A stretch of DNA of 64,000 nt from Bacteroidetes bacterium UBA2475 (GTDB taxonomy: Bacteria > Bacteroidota > Bacteroidia > B-17B0 > Aurantibacillaceae). The stretch spans positions 327,507-391,506 of the forward strand of contig DDPF01000010.1 in NCBI GenBank assembly GCA_002342065.1, written 5' to 3'. The notes beneath the pieces were generated by a model. That model saw only the letters and a list, made by a program, of their open reading frames with translations. It was not told the DNA's origin and did not search any database. Every line of letters begins with the position of its first letter. Position 1 is the first letter of the stretch. The translations under genes were made by a program, and so were the position numbers. Positions 48,149-57,565 of this stretch are shown here, in pieces.

Positions 48149-51100
48149 ATGCAAAACAAAGGTGCTGTTAAATTATTTGCCATTTTATTAGGCTTAGCGT
48201 GTATATTTTATTTATCATTTACATGGATAACAAAAGGTGTTGAAAAAGACGCAGAAGAATATGCCAAAAATATAATTGAATCTGCTAAAACAGCTAAGGC
48301 TGCCAGCGAATTCGCGAAAGGCGATGGTAAAAAAGTTGAAAGATACAAAGACTCTGTTGAAAGTTACTTAGTTGATCGTTACTTGGATTCGATGAAAAAG
48401 ATAACAGTGTATGATATCTTAATTGCTGAATATACTTACGAAGAGTGTCAGAAAAATGCTATCAATTTAGGTCTTGACTTACGTGGTGGTATGAACGTTA
48501 CCTTAGAAGTTTCGGTAATTGACATTGTGAGGAACTTAAGTAACAATAGTGCTGATGTTCAGTTTAACCAGGCTTTAAATGAAACGCAAAAAAATCTTGG
48601 TGTTAAGAACAACGATGACTTTCTTACTTTATTTGAAAAAACGTATAAACAAATTGCACCGCAAGGTCGTTTAGCGCCATTGTTCCAAACTATTGAGAAC
48701 AAAAGTAAACTTCCTTATAACTCTACCAATGAACAAGTACTTAAATTTATTGATGAACGTGTTAAAGAAGCGATCGGAAATGCTGAGAAAACATTCCGCA
48801 GTCGTATTGACCGTTTTGGTGTAACACAACCTAACATCCAACAATTAGAAGCAAGAGGTCGTATACTTGTTGAATTACCTGGCGTAAAAGATAAAGCACG
48901 TGTACGTGAATTATTACAAGGTACAGCAAACTTAGAGTTCTGGGAAACTTATGAAAATGCCGAGATAGCGCAATTATTTGACAAGGTAAATTTTTTGGTA
49001 AGAAGTACTATCAGTCCTGAGACAATTACTTCGGGTACAGATTCAACTTTAATTACAATTTCAGATTCTGCAAGAGCTGCAAATCCTGTATTAGCTGCAA
49101 AAATAGATTCAACAAATAATGCTAATAAAAAAACAGACTCTACAACTAAATCTGCTTCAACCCCTACTGTAAATCCGCAAGATACTGCATTAAAGAATTT
49201 CGTTAAGCGTTACCCTTTATATTCAATGTACTCTCCATTAAAACCAAATGTTGTAATGGATGAAAAAGGTCAACCAAAAAGCTATGGCGAAGGTCCGGTT
49301 GTTGGTCGTTCGTATTCAAAAGCAGATACAGCTTTGGTTAATCAATATTTAAAGATCGCAAAAACGAAAAGCATCTTCCCTTCTAAATTAAAATTCATGT
49401 GGGGTTCAAAAGAAGTTGAACAGAAAAATGAAGAAGGACAAGTTGTTGCTACTTATTTTGAATTATTCGCTATTAAACAAACAGGCACTAATGGCAAAGC
49501 TGCATTAAGCGGAGATATTATTACTGATGCACGTAAAGATTACGATCAACGTCAGGGTGGCGTTCCTTTAATTAGCATGAGCATGAACTCTGAAGCTGCG
49601 CAAAAATGGGCAACCATTACAGGCGCTAACAAAGGTAAATGTGTTGCTGTTGTAATGGATAACATGGTATTCTCTGCTCCACGTGTAAATGGCGCAATTA
49701 CCGGTGGTCAATCTCAAATTACAGGAAATTTTACGGATACTGAAGCAGATGCATTAGCAGCTATTTTAAGTGCCGGTAAATTACCAGCGCCTGCACACAT
49801 TGTAGAAGAAAGTATTGTTGGACCAACATTAGGACAAGAAGCAATTGACTCTGGTCTAATGAGTTTTGGTATCGCTTTATTGGTGATCTTAATTTTTATG
49901 GCGGCTTATTATAATAAGTCAGGTTTAGTTGCCAACGTTGCCCTGGTAGCCAATATGTTCTTTATTATGGGAATATTAACCTCGCTCGGCGCCGTGTTAA
50001 CATTACCGGGTATTGCAGGTATAGTATTAACCATTGGTTTGGCAGTGGATGCCAACATCTTAATATTTGAGCGTGTACGTGAGGAATTAGCTTTAGGCAA
50101 GGCAACCAGCCAGGCCATTAAAGAGGGTTTTAAACATGCCATGTCATCTATCATTGACTCTAACGTTACTTTAGCAATTCTTGCCGTTATCCTTTACGTA
50201 TTTGGTTCTGGGCCGGTTCAAGGTTTTGCTACTACTTTATTTATCGGTATCTGTACTTCTTTATTCTCAGCTATCTTAATTACACGTGTTATTTTTGAAT
50301 GGATGTTAGAGCGCAAAATGGAAATTCCATTTGACACGACTGCTACACGTAATGCATTTAAGAATATCTCTTTTGATTTTGTTGGAAGAAGAAAATTATA
50401 CTATGCTATTTCAACTGTAATTATAATTTTAGGTATTGTATTTTATTTTAAAAATGGCGGATTGAATTTAGGGGTTGATTTTAAAGGTGGACGTACATAT
50501 CAGGTTCAGTTTGATAAGGAAGTGAACACAGAAGATGTTAAAAAATCTTTAGCGCCTTTATTCGAAGGAGCACCTGAAGTAAAAACTATTGGTGGAAATT
50601 CAAGTAAAGTAAAGATTACTACAACTTATCGTGTAAGCGATAACGATCCAAATGCTGATAAAGAAGTAGAAGATAAATTATTGACAGGGTTAAAAGAATT
50701 TGGCGCAAACTCTAACAATATCGTCTCACAACAAAAAGTTGGACCAACCATTGCAACAGACATCGTTTATGGTGCTTATGCCGCGGTATTATTCTCTTGC
50801 TTAATGATGTTCTTTTACATTGTTATTCGTTTCCGTAAATGGCAATATGGTTTAGGTTCGGTTGTGGCTTTATTCCATGACGTATTAATTGTATTGTCTT
50901 GTTACACAATTTTCCATGGCCTATTCCCTTCATTATTAAATTTAGAGATTGGCCAGGATTTTATCGCCGCTATCTTAACTGTAATGGGTTACACCATGAC
51001 TGAAACGGTGGTTGTGTTTGACAGGATCCGTGAGAAATTAGCTGACAGTGGAAAATCAGATGTATTTGGTGAAGAAAGAAACAAGCTTATTAACTTTGCA

Positions 51101-51292
51101 TTGAACAGTACATTAAGTCGTACTATCCTAACATCGTTAACTGTATTCTTCGTGTTATTAGTGATCTTTATATTTGGTGGTGATAGTATCCGCGGATTTA
51201 TCTTCGCCTTATTAATTGGTCGTGTAATTGGTACTTATTCATCATTATGTATCTCTACACCAATAGTTGTTGATTTTGATAAAAGGAAATAA
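48149..51292 (+). CDS. secDF: Fused protein translocase subunit SecDF
   Basis: 'NLGLDLRGG', 'ELPG', 'VGPTLG', 'AVDANILIFER', 'GVDFKGG', 'VVVFDRIRE'. Confidence 0.96.
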   Translation: MQNKGAVKLFAILLGLACIFYLSFTWITKGVEKDAEEYAKNIIESAKTAKAASEFAKGDGKKVERYKDSVESYLVDRYLDSMKKITVYDILIAEYTYEECQKNAINLGLDLRGGMNVTLEVSVIDIVRNLSNNSADVQFNQALNETQKNLGVKNNDDFLTLFEKTYKQIAPQGRLAPLFQTIENKSKLPYNSTNEQVLKFIDERVKEAIGNAEKTFRSRIDRFGVTQPNIQQLEARGRILVELPGVKDKARVRELLQGTANLEFWETYENAEIAQLFDKVNFLVRSTISPETITSGTDSTLITISDSARAANPVLAAKIDSTNNANKKTDSTTKSASTPTVNPQDTALKNFVKRYPLYSMYSPLKPNVVMDEKGQPKSYGEGPVVGRSYSKADTALVNQYLKIAKTKSIFPSKLKFMWGSKEVEQKNEEGQVVATYFELFAIKQTGTNGKAALSGDIITDARKDYDQRQGGVPLISMSMNSEAAQKWATITGANKGKCVAVVMDNMVFSAPRVNGAITGGQSQITGNFTDTEADALAAILSAGKLPAPAHIVEESIVGPTLGQEAIDSGLMSFGIALLVILIFMAAYYNKSGLVANVALVANMFFIMGILTSLGAVLTLPGIAGIVLTIGLAVDANILIFERVREELALGKATSQAIKEGFKHAMSSIIDSNVTLAILAVILYVFGSGPVQGFATTLFIGICTSLFSAILITRVIFEWMLERKMEIPFDTTATRNAFKNISFDFVGRRKLYYAISTVIIILGIVFYFKNGGLNLGVDFKGGRTYQVQFDKEVNTEDVKKSLAPLFEGAPEVKTIGGNSSKVKITTTYRVSDNDPNADKEVEDKLLTGLKEFGANSNNIVSQQKVGPTIATDIVYGAYAAVLFSCLMMFFYIVIRFRKWQYGLGSVVALFHDVLIVLSCYTIFHGLFPSLLNLEIGQDFIAAILTVMGYTMTETVVVFDRIREKLADSGKSDVFGEERNKLINFALNSTLSRTILTSLTVFFVLLVIFIFGGDSIRGFIFALLIGRVIGTYSSLCISTPIVVDFDKRK

Positions 51293-51306
51293 AAATTATA
51301 CATCAC

Positions 51307-51339
51307 AAAAAAACCTCCGTTAAAAGCGGAGGTTTTTTT
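51307..51339 (+). terminator. Intrinsic terminator after secDF
   Basis: AAAAAAACCTCCG ... CGGAGGTTTTTTT. Confidence 0.85.
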
Positions 51340-51355
51340 ATTTAATAATGTTATT

Positions 51356-51520
51356 ATGAAAAATGCCTGGTTAGGTTATTTAGGTTCTTGTTTAACGCTT
51401 TTAGGGGGCGTTGTAATGATCGTTGCAGAACAATATATTATGGGTGCCGTGTTAATAATAGCAGCTATTGCAGGTGTAATTGTAAAAATTTATTTAGGAA
51501 AAAAATCCGAAAATTCTTGA
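51356..51520 (+). CDS. Small 54-aa two-helix membrane protein (below the ORF-track cutoff)
   Basis: MKNAWLGYLGSCLTLLGGVVMIVAEQYIMGAVLIIAAIAGVIVKIYLGKKSENS*; AT-rich leader, two hydrophobic segments, basic tail. Confidence 0.6.
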   Translation: MKNAWLGYLGSCLTLLGGVVMIVAEQYIMGAVLIIAAIAGVIVKIYLGKKSENS

Positions 51521-51526
51521 TACGAA

Positions 51527-51584
51527 TGTCATGTCGAGCGCAGTCGAGACACTTATACGCTTCTCCACTGCGCTCGAAGTGACA
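51527..51584. repeat. REP-like palindromic element, copy 1
   Basis: TGTCATGTCGAGCGCAGTCGAGA ... TCTCCACTGCGCTCGAAGTGACA; 23-bp arms with 3 mismatches. Confidence 0.85.
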
Positions 51585-51603
51585 ACTATTAAATCTTAAG
51601 AAA

Positions 51604-52590
51604 TTACTTATTCAACGTTTCTAAATTCCTATGTTCGGTTTTATTTAGTTCGTCTTTACTTAACGATTTAAAATATTCAAACGTAATTTTTAAACCTTCT
51701 GCCCTATTCACTTTCGGTTCCCAACCTAAAATTTCTCTGGCTTTTGTAATATCCGGTCTGCGTTGTTTAGGATCATCCTTTGGTAACGGCAACGAAATTA
51801 ATTTTTGTTTAGCACCAGTTAATTTTAAGATCTCTTCGCCAAATTCTTTAATGGTTATTTCGCTTGGATTACCAACATTTACAGGCATGTGATAGTTACT
51901 CATTAATAAACGGAAAATACCATCAACCAGATCGTCTACATAACAAAAACTTCTAGTTTGGCTGCCATCACCAAACATAGTAAGATCTTCTCCCCTTAAT
52001 GCCTGGCCAATAAATGCAGGTAACACGCGACCATCATTAAGACGCATGCGTGGACCATAAGTATTAAATATTCTGATAATTCTTGTTTCTACATTATGCG
52101 TATCATGATAAGCCATGGTTAATGCTTCCATAAAACGTTTTGCTTCATCGTAACAACCACGAGGACCAACAGGATTTACATTGCCCCAGTATTCTTCTGT
52201 TTGCGGGTGCACATGCGGATCGCCATACACCTCGCTGGTAGAAGCAACTAAAACCCTTGCATTTTTTACACGGGCCAATCCTAAAACGTTATGCGTTCCT
52301 AAAGAAGAAACCTTTAAAGTTTGAATAGGGATCTTTAAATAATCTATAGGGCTTGCCGGTGAAGCAAAATGCAAAATGTAATCTACATTACCCGGAACAT
52401 GAATAAATTTTGAAACATCGTGATGATAAAATTCAAACTGTGGTAATTTAAAAAGATGCTCAATGTTTTTAAGATCCCCTGTTATCAAGTTATCCATGGC
52501 AACTACATTCATACCTTCTTTAATGAATCTATCGCATAAATGCGATCCCAAAAATCCTGCCGCGCCGGTTATAAGTATCCTCTTTTTCAT
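51604..52590 (-). CDS. UDP-glucuronate decarboxylase (UDP-xylose synthase)
   Basis: '[11 protein letters not shown]', 'ASPASP', '[10 protein letters not shown]', 'YDEAKR', '[10 protein letters not shown]'. Confidence 0.92.
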   Translation of the reverse strand: MKKRILITGAAGFLGSHLCDRFIKEGMNVVAMDNLITGDLKNIEHLFKLPQFEFYHHDVSKFIHVPGNVDYILHFASPASPIDYLKIPIQTLKVSSLGTHNVLGLARVKNARVLVASTSEVYGDPHVHPQTEEYWGNVNPVGPRGCYDEAKRFMEALTMAYHDTHNVETRIIRIFNTYGPRMRLNDGRVLPAFIGQALRGEDLTMFGDGSQTRSFCYVDDLVDGIFRLLMSNYHMPVNVGNPSEITIKEFGEEILKLTGAKQKLISLPLPKDDPKQRRPDITKAREILGWEPKVNRAEGLKITFEYFKSLSKDELNKTEHRNLETLNK

Positions 52591-52598
52591 AGTTTATA

Positions 52599-52684
52599 AA
52601 TTAGTCAATTCGATAATGTGACGATTAGTCAATTAACGAAATATGTTTTTAATTATCTAAAACCAATAGTCTCATTGACTAATT
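52599..52684. repeat. Inverted octamer tandem arms between ugd and uxs
   Basis: ttagtcaa-ttcgataa-tgtgacga-ttagtcaa-ttaacgaa facing ttatctaa...ttgactaa. Confidence 0.7.
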
Positions 52685-54001
52685 AGTTTTAATACCAATA
52701 CAATAGTAACTGTATCCTAATTTTTTCATGTCTTGTGGATCAAAAATATTTCTTCCATCGAACATTACTTTTTGTTTTAAACGCTTTCCAAGTTCGTCAA
52801 AATTAGGTACTCTAAATTCAGGCCATTCTGTTACAACCAATAAAGCATCTGTATCATTTAAACAATCATACATATCTGTTGCATACGAAACTGTTTTTCC
52901 TATCATACGCTCTGCTTCATGCATTGCTACTGGATCATAGGCTATCACGCTTGCTCCTTCGCTTAGTAATTTTTCGATGATCACCAACGATGGTGCTTCA
53001 CGCATATCATCTGTTTTAGGCTTAAAAGATAAACCCCAAAGTGCAAGTTTCTTTCCTTTAAGATCGCCTTTAAAATGTGTTTTTACTTTATTAAATAAAA
53101 CTTCTTTTTGATTGTCGTTCACTTCTTCAACAGCGTTTAAGATACGCATGTTATAGTTTTTTTCTTTAGCTGTTTTTATTAAAGCCTTTACATCTTTAGG
53201 AAAACAACTTCCTCCATAACCAACACCGGGATAAATAAATTTAGTGCCAATACGCGCATCGCTGCCAATACCCTTACGCACCATGTTTACATCGGCTCCC
53301 ATTATCTCGCAAAGATTTGCAATATCATTCATAAAACTGATCTTGGTTGCAAGCATGGAGTTAGCAGCATACTTTGTCATTTCTGCAGAAGGGATATCCA
53401 TAAAAATGATCGGGTGGCCATTCATTAAAAATGGTTTATATAATTTGCGCATGATCTCTTCTGCTTCCGGTCTGTCTGTTCCAACAACGATCCTGTCGGG
53501 TTTCATAAAATCTTCAATGGCTGCGCCTTCTTTTAAAAATTCAGGATTGGATGCAACATAAAAATCAATTTTTGCTCCACGTTTATCCAATTCAGTTTGT
53601 ACAGCGTTTCTAACTTTTTCGGCTGTAGTAACCGGCACAGTAGATTTTGTAACAACCACCAAAGGTATTTCCATATGCTGACCTATAGATGCAGCAACCG
53701 CTAAAACATATTTAAGATCGGCAGAACCATCTTCATCGGGAGGCGTGCCCACCGCTATAAATGCTACTTCTACATTTTTAATGCTATCAACTAATGATGT
53801 AGAAAAATGTAAGCGTTGTTTGTGTGTATTACGCAAAACCATTTCTTCTAACCCCGGTTCGTAAATAGGTAGAATACCTTTATTTAAATTTTCAATTTTT
53901 TTTTGATCAATGTCAACACAAGTAACATCAACACCAACTTCTGCAAAACAAGTTCCTGTTACTAAACCAACATATCCTGTTCCTATAACTGTAATTTTCA
54001 T
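52679..54001 (-). CDS. ugd: UDP-glucose 6-dehydrogenase
   Basis: 'IGTGYVGLV', 'KSTVP', 'NPEFLKEG', 'GYGGSCFPKD', 'FKPKTDDMREAP'. Confidence 0.95.
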   Translation of the reverse strand: MKITVIGTGYVGLVTGTCFAEVGVDVTCVDIDQKKIENLNKGILPIYEPGLEEMVLRNTHKQRLHFSTSLVDSIKNVEVAFIAVGTPPDEDGSADLKYVLAVAASIGQHMEIPLVVVTKSTVPVTTAEKVRNAVQTELDKRGAKIDFYVASNPEFLKEGAAIEDFMKPDRIVVGTDRPEAEEIMRKLYKPFLMNGHPIIFMDIPSAEMTKYAANSMLATKISFMNDIANLCEIMGADVNMVRKGIGSDARIGTKFIYPGVGYGGSCFPKDVKALIKTAKEKNYNMRILNAVEEVNDNQKEVLFNKVKTHFKGDLKGKKLALWGLSFKPKTDDMREAPSLVIIEKLLSEGASVIAYDPVAMHEAERMIGKTVSYATDMYDCLNDTDALLVVTEWPEFRVPNFDELGKRLKQKVMFDGRNIFDPQDMKKLGYSYYCIGIKTN

Positions 54002-54044
54002 ATTCTTTTATTTAATGGCATTTTCTTTTTGCTCCATTTTCTTT

Positions 54045-54080
54045 TTAATTATCAAATCGACTAATTATCTAATTGACTAA
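54045..54080. repeat. Octamer tandem arm at the degT 3' end
   Basis: ttaa-ttatcaaa-tcgactaa-ttatctaa-ttgactaa; overlaps the last codons of degT. Confidence 0.7.
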
Positions 54081-55205
54081 TTGTAAAATTGTATCTGTAA
54101 TATATTTTAATGTCTCGCCGTCTAATTCAGTATGCATAGGAAGCGAAAGAACATTAGCACATAATTTTTCTGTAACCGGAAAATCGCCTTTTTTAAATCT
54201 ATCGCTTTTAAATGCGTTTTGCATATGTAAAGGAATAGGATAATAGATCATTGCCGGAATTCCTTTTTCTGCTAATTGCTCGCGCAACATAGTTCTATCA
54301 ACACCGTTTAATTGTAAAGTGTATTGATGAAAAACATGATTAGATTTTTTTGTGCGCACCGGTATTTTTAATTTTGAGCTATTAGCAAAAGCCTTATCGT
54401 AATGATCTGCTACTTTATTTCTTGCGGCTGCATATTCATCCAAATGCTTTAACTTAACTTTTAGTACTGCAGCTTGTATAGTATCTAAACGCGAATTCAC
54501 ACCTAAAACATCGTGCACATATTGTACACTTTGTCCGTGATGCGCTACCATTTTCATTTTTTTTGCCAACTCATCATCATTGGTGTACATAGCACCACCA
54601 TCGCCATAACAACCTAAATTCTTACTTGGGAAGAATGACGTACAGCCAATAGTACCAATGGTTCCGGCCTTTGCTTTTTTCCCATCAGAAAAAATATAAT
54701 CAGCGCCAATTGCCTGTGCAACATCTTCTATTACATATAAATTATGCTTTTTTGCTATAGCCATTATGCGTTCCATATCGGCACACTGACCAAATAAATG
54801 TACAGGTACAATAGCTTTTGTTTTTGCTGTAATGTTGCGTTCTATAGCTTCAATATCTATATCAAAAGTATCAGGATAAACATCTACTAAAACAGGTGTT
54901 AAACCTAAAAGACCAATAACCTCAGCAGTAGCAACATAGGTAAAACTGGCAGTAATAACTTCATCGCCTGGCTTTAAACCAAGGGCCATCATAGCTATTT
55001 GCAGAGCGTCCGTTCCATTAGCGCAAGGTATAACATGCTTTACTTTTAAATAAGCTTCAAGATCGGCTTGGAATTCTTTCACGGCTGGTCCATTAATAAA
55101 CGCGGTGGTATTAAGTACTTCCTGTATCCCTTTATCAACTTCGCTTTTTATTTTCTCGTATTGACCTTTAAGGTCAACCATTTGAATTTTTTTAGTAGAG
55201 ATCAT
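54069..55205 (-). CDS. DegT/DnrJ/EryC1/StrS sugar aminotransferase (WbpE-like)
   Basis: 'NGTDALQIA', 'PVHLFGQ', 'EDVAQAIGA', 'SFFPSKNLGCYGDGG', 'NSRLDTIQAA'. Confidence 0.92.
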   Translation of the reverse strand: MISTKKIQMVDLKGQYEKIKSEVDKGIQEVLNTTAFINGPAVKEFQADLEAYLKVKHVIPCANGTDALQIAMMALGLKPGDEVITASFTYVATAEVIGLLGLTPVLVDVYPDTFDIDIEAIERNITAKTKAIVPVHLFGQCADMERIMAIAKKHNLYVIEDVAQAIGADYIFSDGKKAKAGTIGTIGCTSFFPSKNLGCYGDGGAMYTNDDELAKKMKMVAHHGQSVQYVHDVLGVNSRLDTIQAAVLKVKLKHLDEYAAARNKVADHYDKAFANSSKLKIPVRTKKSNHVFHQYTLQLNGVDRTMLREQLAEKGIPAMIYYPIPLHMQNAFKSDRFKKGDFPVTEKLCANVLSLPMHTELDGETLKYITDTILQLVN

Positions 55206-55253
55206 GTTAAATGAATAGATGAGCGAAATTAAGCAATTTTAGCTATAAAATGC

Positions 55254-55661
55254 TCAAAAAAATGGGTCAAATCCTTTTTGAAACCAATCGGGGATCTTGC
55301 ACATTTTATTGGTTGCTTTATCTAACAATACAAGGGTAACTTTGCCTGTGTTCAATAGCTCTCCTTCGGTGTTAAAACACTCGTAGTCAAAGATAAGACG
55401 CAGGCCTGTTGGGCGTTCGCGCATATAAGTAACAACGGTTATTTCATCATCATAAAAGGCTGGTTTTTTGTAAGAGATAGAAAAATCTATTACAGGCATT
55501 AATATGCCTCTTTCTTCAACCTGCTTGTAACTAAAGCCTAATTTGCGCATAGCCTCTACCCTACCCACTTCGTAATATTGCGCATAAACACCATAATAAA
55601 CGTAACCCATTTGGTCAGTTTCGCCATAACGTACTCGTATCTTTGTTTCAGCTTTTATCAT
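55254..55661 (-). CDS. Acyl-CoA thioesterase (YbgC/FadM hotdog family)
   Basis: 'RVRYGETDQMGYVYYGVYAQYYEVGR'. Confidence 0.9.
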   Translation of the reverse strand: MIKAETKIRVRYGETDQMGYVYYGVYAQYYEVGRVEAMRKLGFSYKQVEERGILMPVIDFSISYKKPAFYDDEITVVTYMRERPTGLRLIFDYECFNTEGELLNTGKVTLVLLDKATNKMCKIPDWFQKGFDPFF

Positions 55662-55745
55662 GTCAATGTTAAATTTTTACCGATGCTTAAATATAATAAA
55701 ACAAGGCTGGTTTAAAATATTATTTTTACAAAAATAAGTTTTTTA

Positions 55746-56486
55746 ATGAAAGGCAGGATCCTATATCTTTTTTTATCTATATTAATTTTTAGCTCTTGTT
55801 CTAAAACTTATCTAAAACAAAAAGCAGACTTTACACATTATTCTGTAAAAGAAAATACCGAAAGTCAAAGCGCAAAGATCACCATTGCAGAATACAAAGT
55901 AAAAGTAAATGCAGAAACAGAAAAAATAATTGGAAATTCAACTGGAGCAATTTTAAAAGATGGTGATGAATCTGCTCTAGGAAATTTTGTTTGCGATGCT
56001 TTAAAATATAATGCAGAAAAAGAATTCAAAAATTTACCCATTGATGTTGTGTTAATTAACCGCGGAGGATTACGTGTCAATTTGCCAAAAGGCGATATTA
56101 AGGTGATAAATATTTTTGAGTTAATGCCTTTTGAAAATGATCTTATACTTGTAAAAATTTCTGGTCAAAAATTATTAGAAGGTGTGCAAATTATTTTTGA
56201 AAAACGCCATCCCTTTTTAGGATTAAAAATAAAAGCAGAAAATAATAAGATAACAGAAGCTACTATAAATGGAAATTCTATTGATAAAGAAAAAATTTAC
56301 ACGGTAGTTACCAGCGACTATTTAGCTTATGGTGGCGATAATTTTCTCTTTTTGAAAGAGCCGTTTACAATGGAGAAAAGCAATTTAAAGATCAGGGATG
56401 TTATTATTAAATATTGTGATTATTTAACTGAAAATAAAAAACAACTTATACCCTATATTGATGGGCGACTTCAAATTTCAAAATAG
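55746..56486 (+). CDS. 5'-nucleotidase C-terminal domain lipoprotein
   Basis: Lipobox 'IFSSC', 'LGNFVCDA', 'NRGGLR', 'LMPFEN', 'DYLAYGGD'. Confidence 0.85.
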   Translation: MKGRILYLFLSILIFSSCSKTYLKQKADFTHYSVKENTESQSAKITIAEYKVKVNAETEKIIGNSTGAILKDGDESALGNFVCDALKYNAEKEFKNLPIDVVLINRGGLRVNLPKGDIKVINIFELMPFENDLILVKISGQKLLEGVQIIFEKRHPFLGLKIKAENNKITEATINGNSIDKEKIYTVVTSDYLAYGGDNFLFLKEPFTMEKSNLKIRDVIIKYCDYLTENKKQLIPYIDGRLQISK

Positions 56487-57402
56487 ACGCGAATTTTTAA
56501 AATTCACATTAGGTGCCGCGGCCACTGTTTATGGGCTAAACAGCTATGCGCAAAATAATTTGTTGTTAGAAAAAGGATTTACAAAGCTCACCATTTTATA
56601 TACAAATGATCAGCATAGCAGAATAGAACCTTTTCCGGAGAACGATGCAAAATATGCTGGCGAAGGTGGTTTTGCAAAGCGGGCTACTATGATCGAAAAA
56701 ATAAGATCGGAAGATAAAAATGTTTTGCTTTTAGATGCTGGTGATATTTTCCAGGGCACGCCCTATTTTAATTATTATCATGGCGAAATAGAATATAAAT
56801 TAATGACCTTAATGCAGTACGATGCCGTAACTTTTGGCAATCATGATTTTGACCTTGGATGCGAAAATATACTTACACAAATGCCACATGCAGGTTTTGA
56901 TTTTATTAATTGCAATTATAGTTTCGAAGACACAGCGCTTGCTAAAAACAAAAAAATTTCGCCTTACAAAATATACAAAAAAGGTCCTTTAAAAATTGGT
57001 GTGTTAGGCGTTGGAATTGATCTTGAAAATTTGGTAGATATAAAATATACCAAAGGGATAATTTATAAAGATCCTATTGCAAATGCCAATGAAATAGCTT
57101 CTACGTTAAAGAACGAAGAAAAGTGCGATTACGTGATTTGCCTTTCGCATCTTGGTTACAAATACGATACAAATAAAGTTTCAGATCTGGCTTTAGCCGA
57201 ACGATCTAAAAATATTGATCTTATAATCGGAGGTCATACACATACCTTTTTAGAAACGCCGCAAATAGCTTTAAATAGCATTGGCAAAGAAGTTCAAATT
57301 ACGCAAGTTGGCTGGGCAGGTATCTGGCTTGGCAAAATAGAAGTATTCTTCTCTTCATATAACAAAAAAACCTTACAAAACAACAAAAATATGAGGATTT
57401 AG
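56461..57402 (+). CDS. 5'-nucleotidase metallophosphoesterase domain protein
   Basis: Tat-like 'NRREFLK', 'TNDQHS', 'DAGDIFQG', 'GNHDFD', 'LSHLG', 'GGHTH'. Confidence 0.88.
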   Translation: MGDFKFQNRREFLKFTLGAAATVYGLNSYAQNNLLLEKGFTKLTILYTNDQHSRIEPFPENDAKYAGEGGFAKRATMIEKIRSEDKNVLLLDAGDIFQGTPYFNYYHGEIEYKLMTLMQYDAVTFGNHDFDLGCENILTQMPHAGFDFINCNYSFEDTALAKNKKISPYKIYKKGPLKIGVLGVGIDLENLVDIKYTKGIIYKDPIANANEIASTLKNEEKCDYVICLSHLGYKYDTNKVSDLALAERSKNIDLIIGGHTHTFLETPQIALNSIGKEVQITQVGWAGIWLGKIEVFFSSYNKKTLQNNKNMRI

Positions 57403-57531
57403 AAGGCCACGTAAAAAAAAACTAATCCTGCAAGTTTTGGGCTAAAATTTTCTTAAACTTTTTTTTCGGTTTTTTTGTTGCAAAGACAAATAATCCCATT
57501 ATATTTACAAACACGAATAAGTTAATTACTT

Positions 57532-57540
57532 TTATACACA
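57532..57540 (+). promoter_or_regulatory. DnaA box upstream of dnaA
   Basis: TTATACACA fits TTWTNCACA; 25 nt before the start codon. Confidence 0.55.
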
Positions 57541-57565
57541 ACAATAATATTTAAATTTTTTTATA

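Noticed and set aside
51388-51582. 64-aa track ORF after secDF
   Set aside because: It runs through the REP palindrome; the 51356..51520 frame has a better start and a coherent membrane-protein composition.
56458-56486. Frameshifted 5'-nucleotidase pseudogene
   Set aside because: The domain order is reversed relative to a fused enzyme and each ORF has its own export signal, so this is a natural two-gene arrangement.
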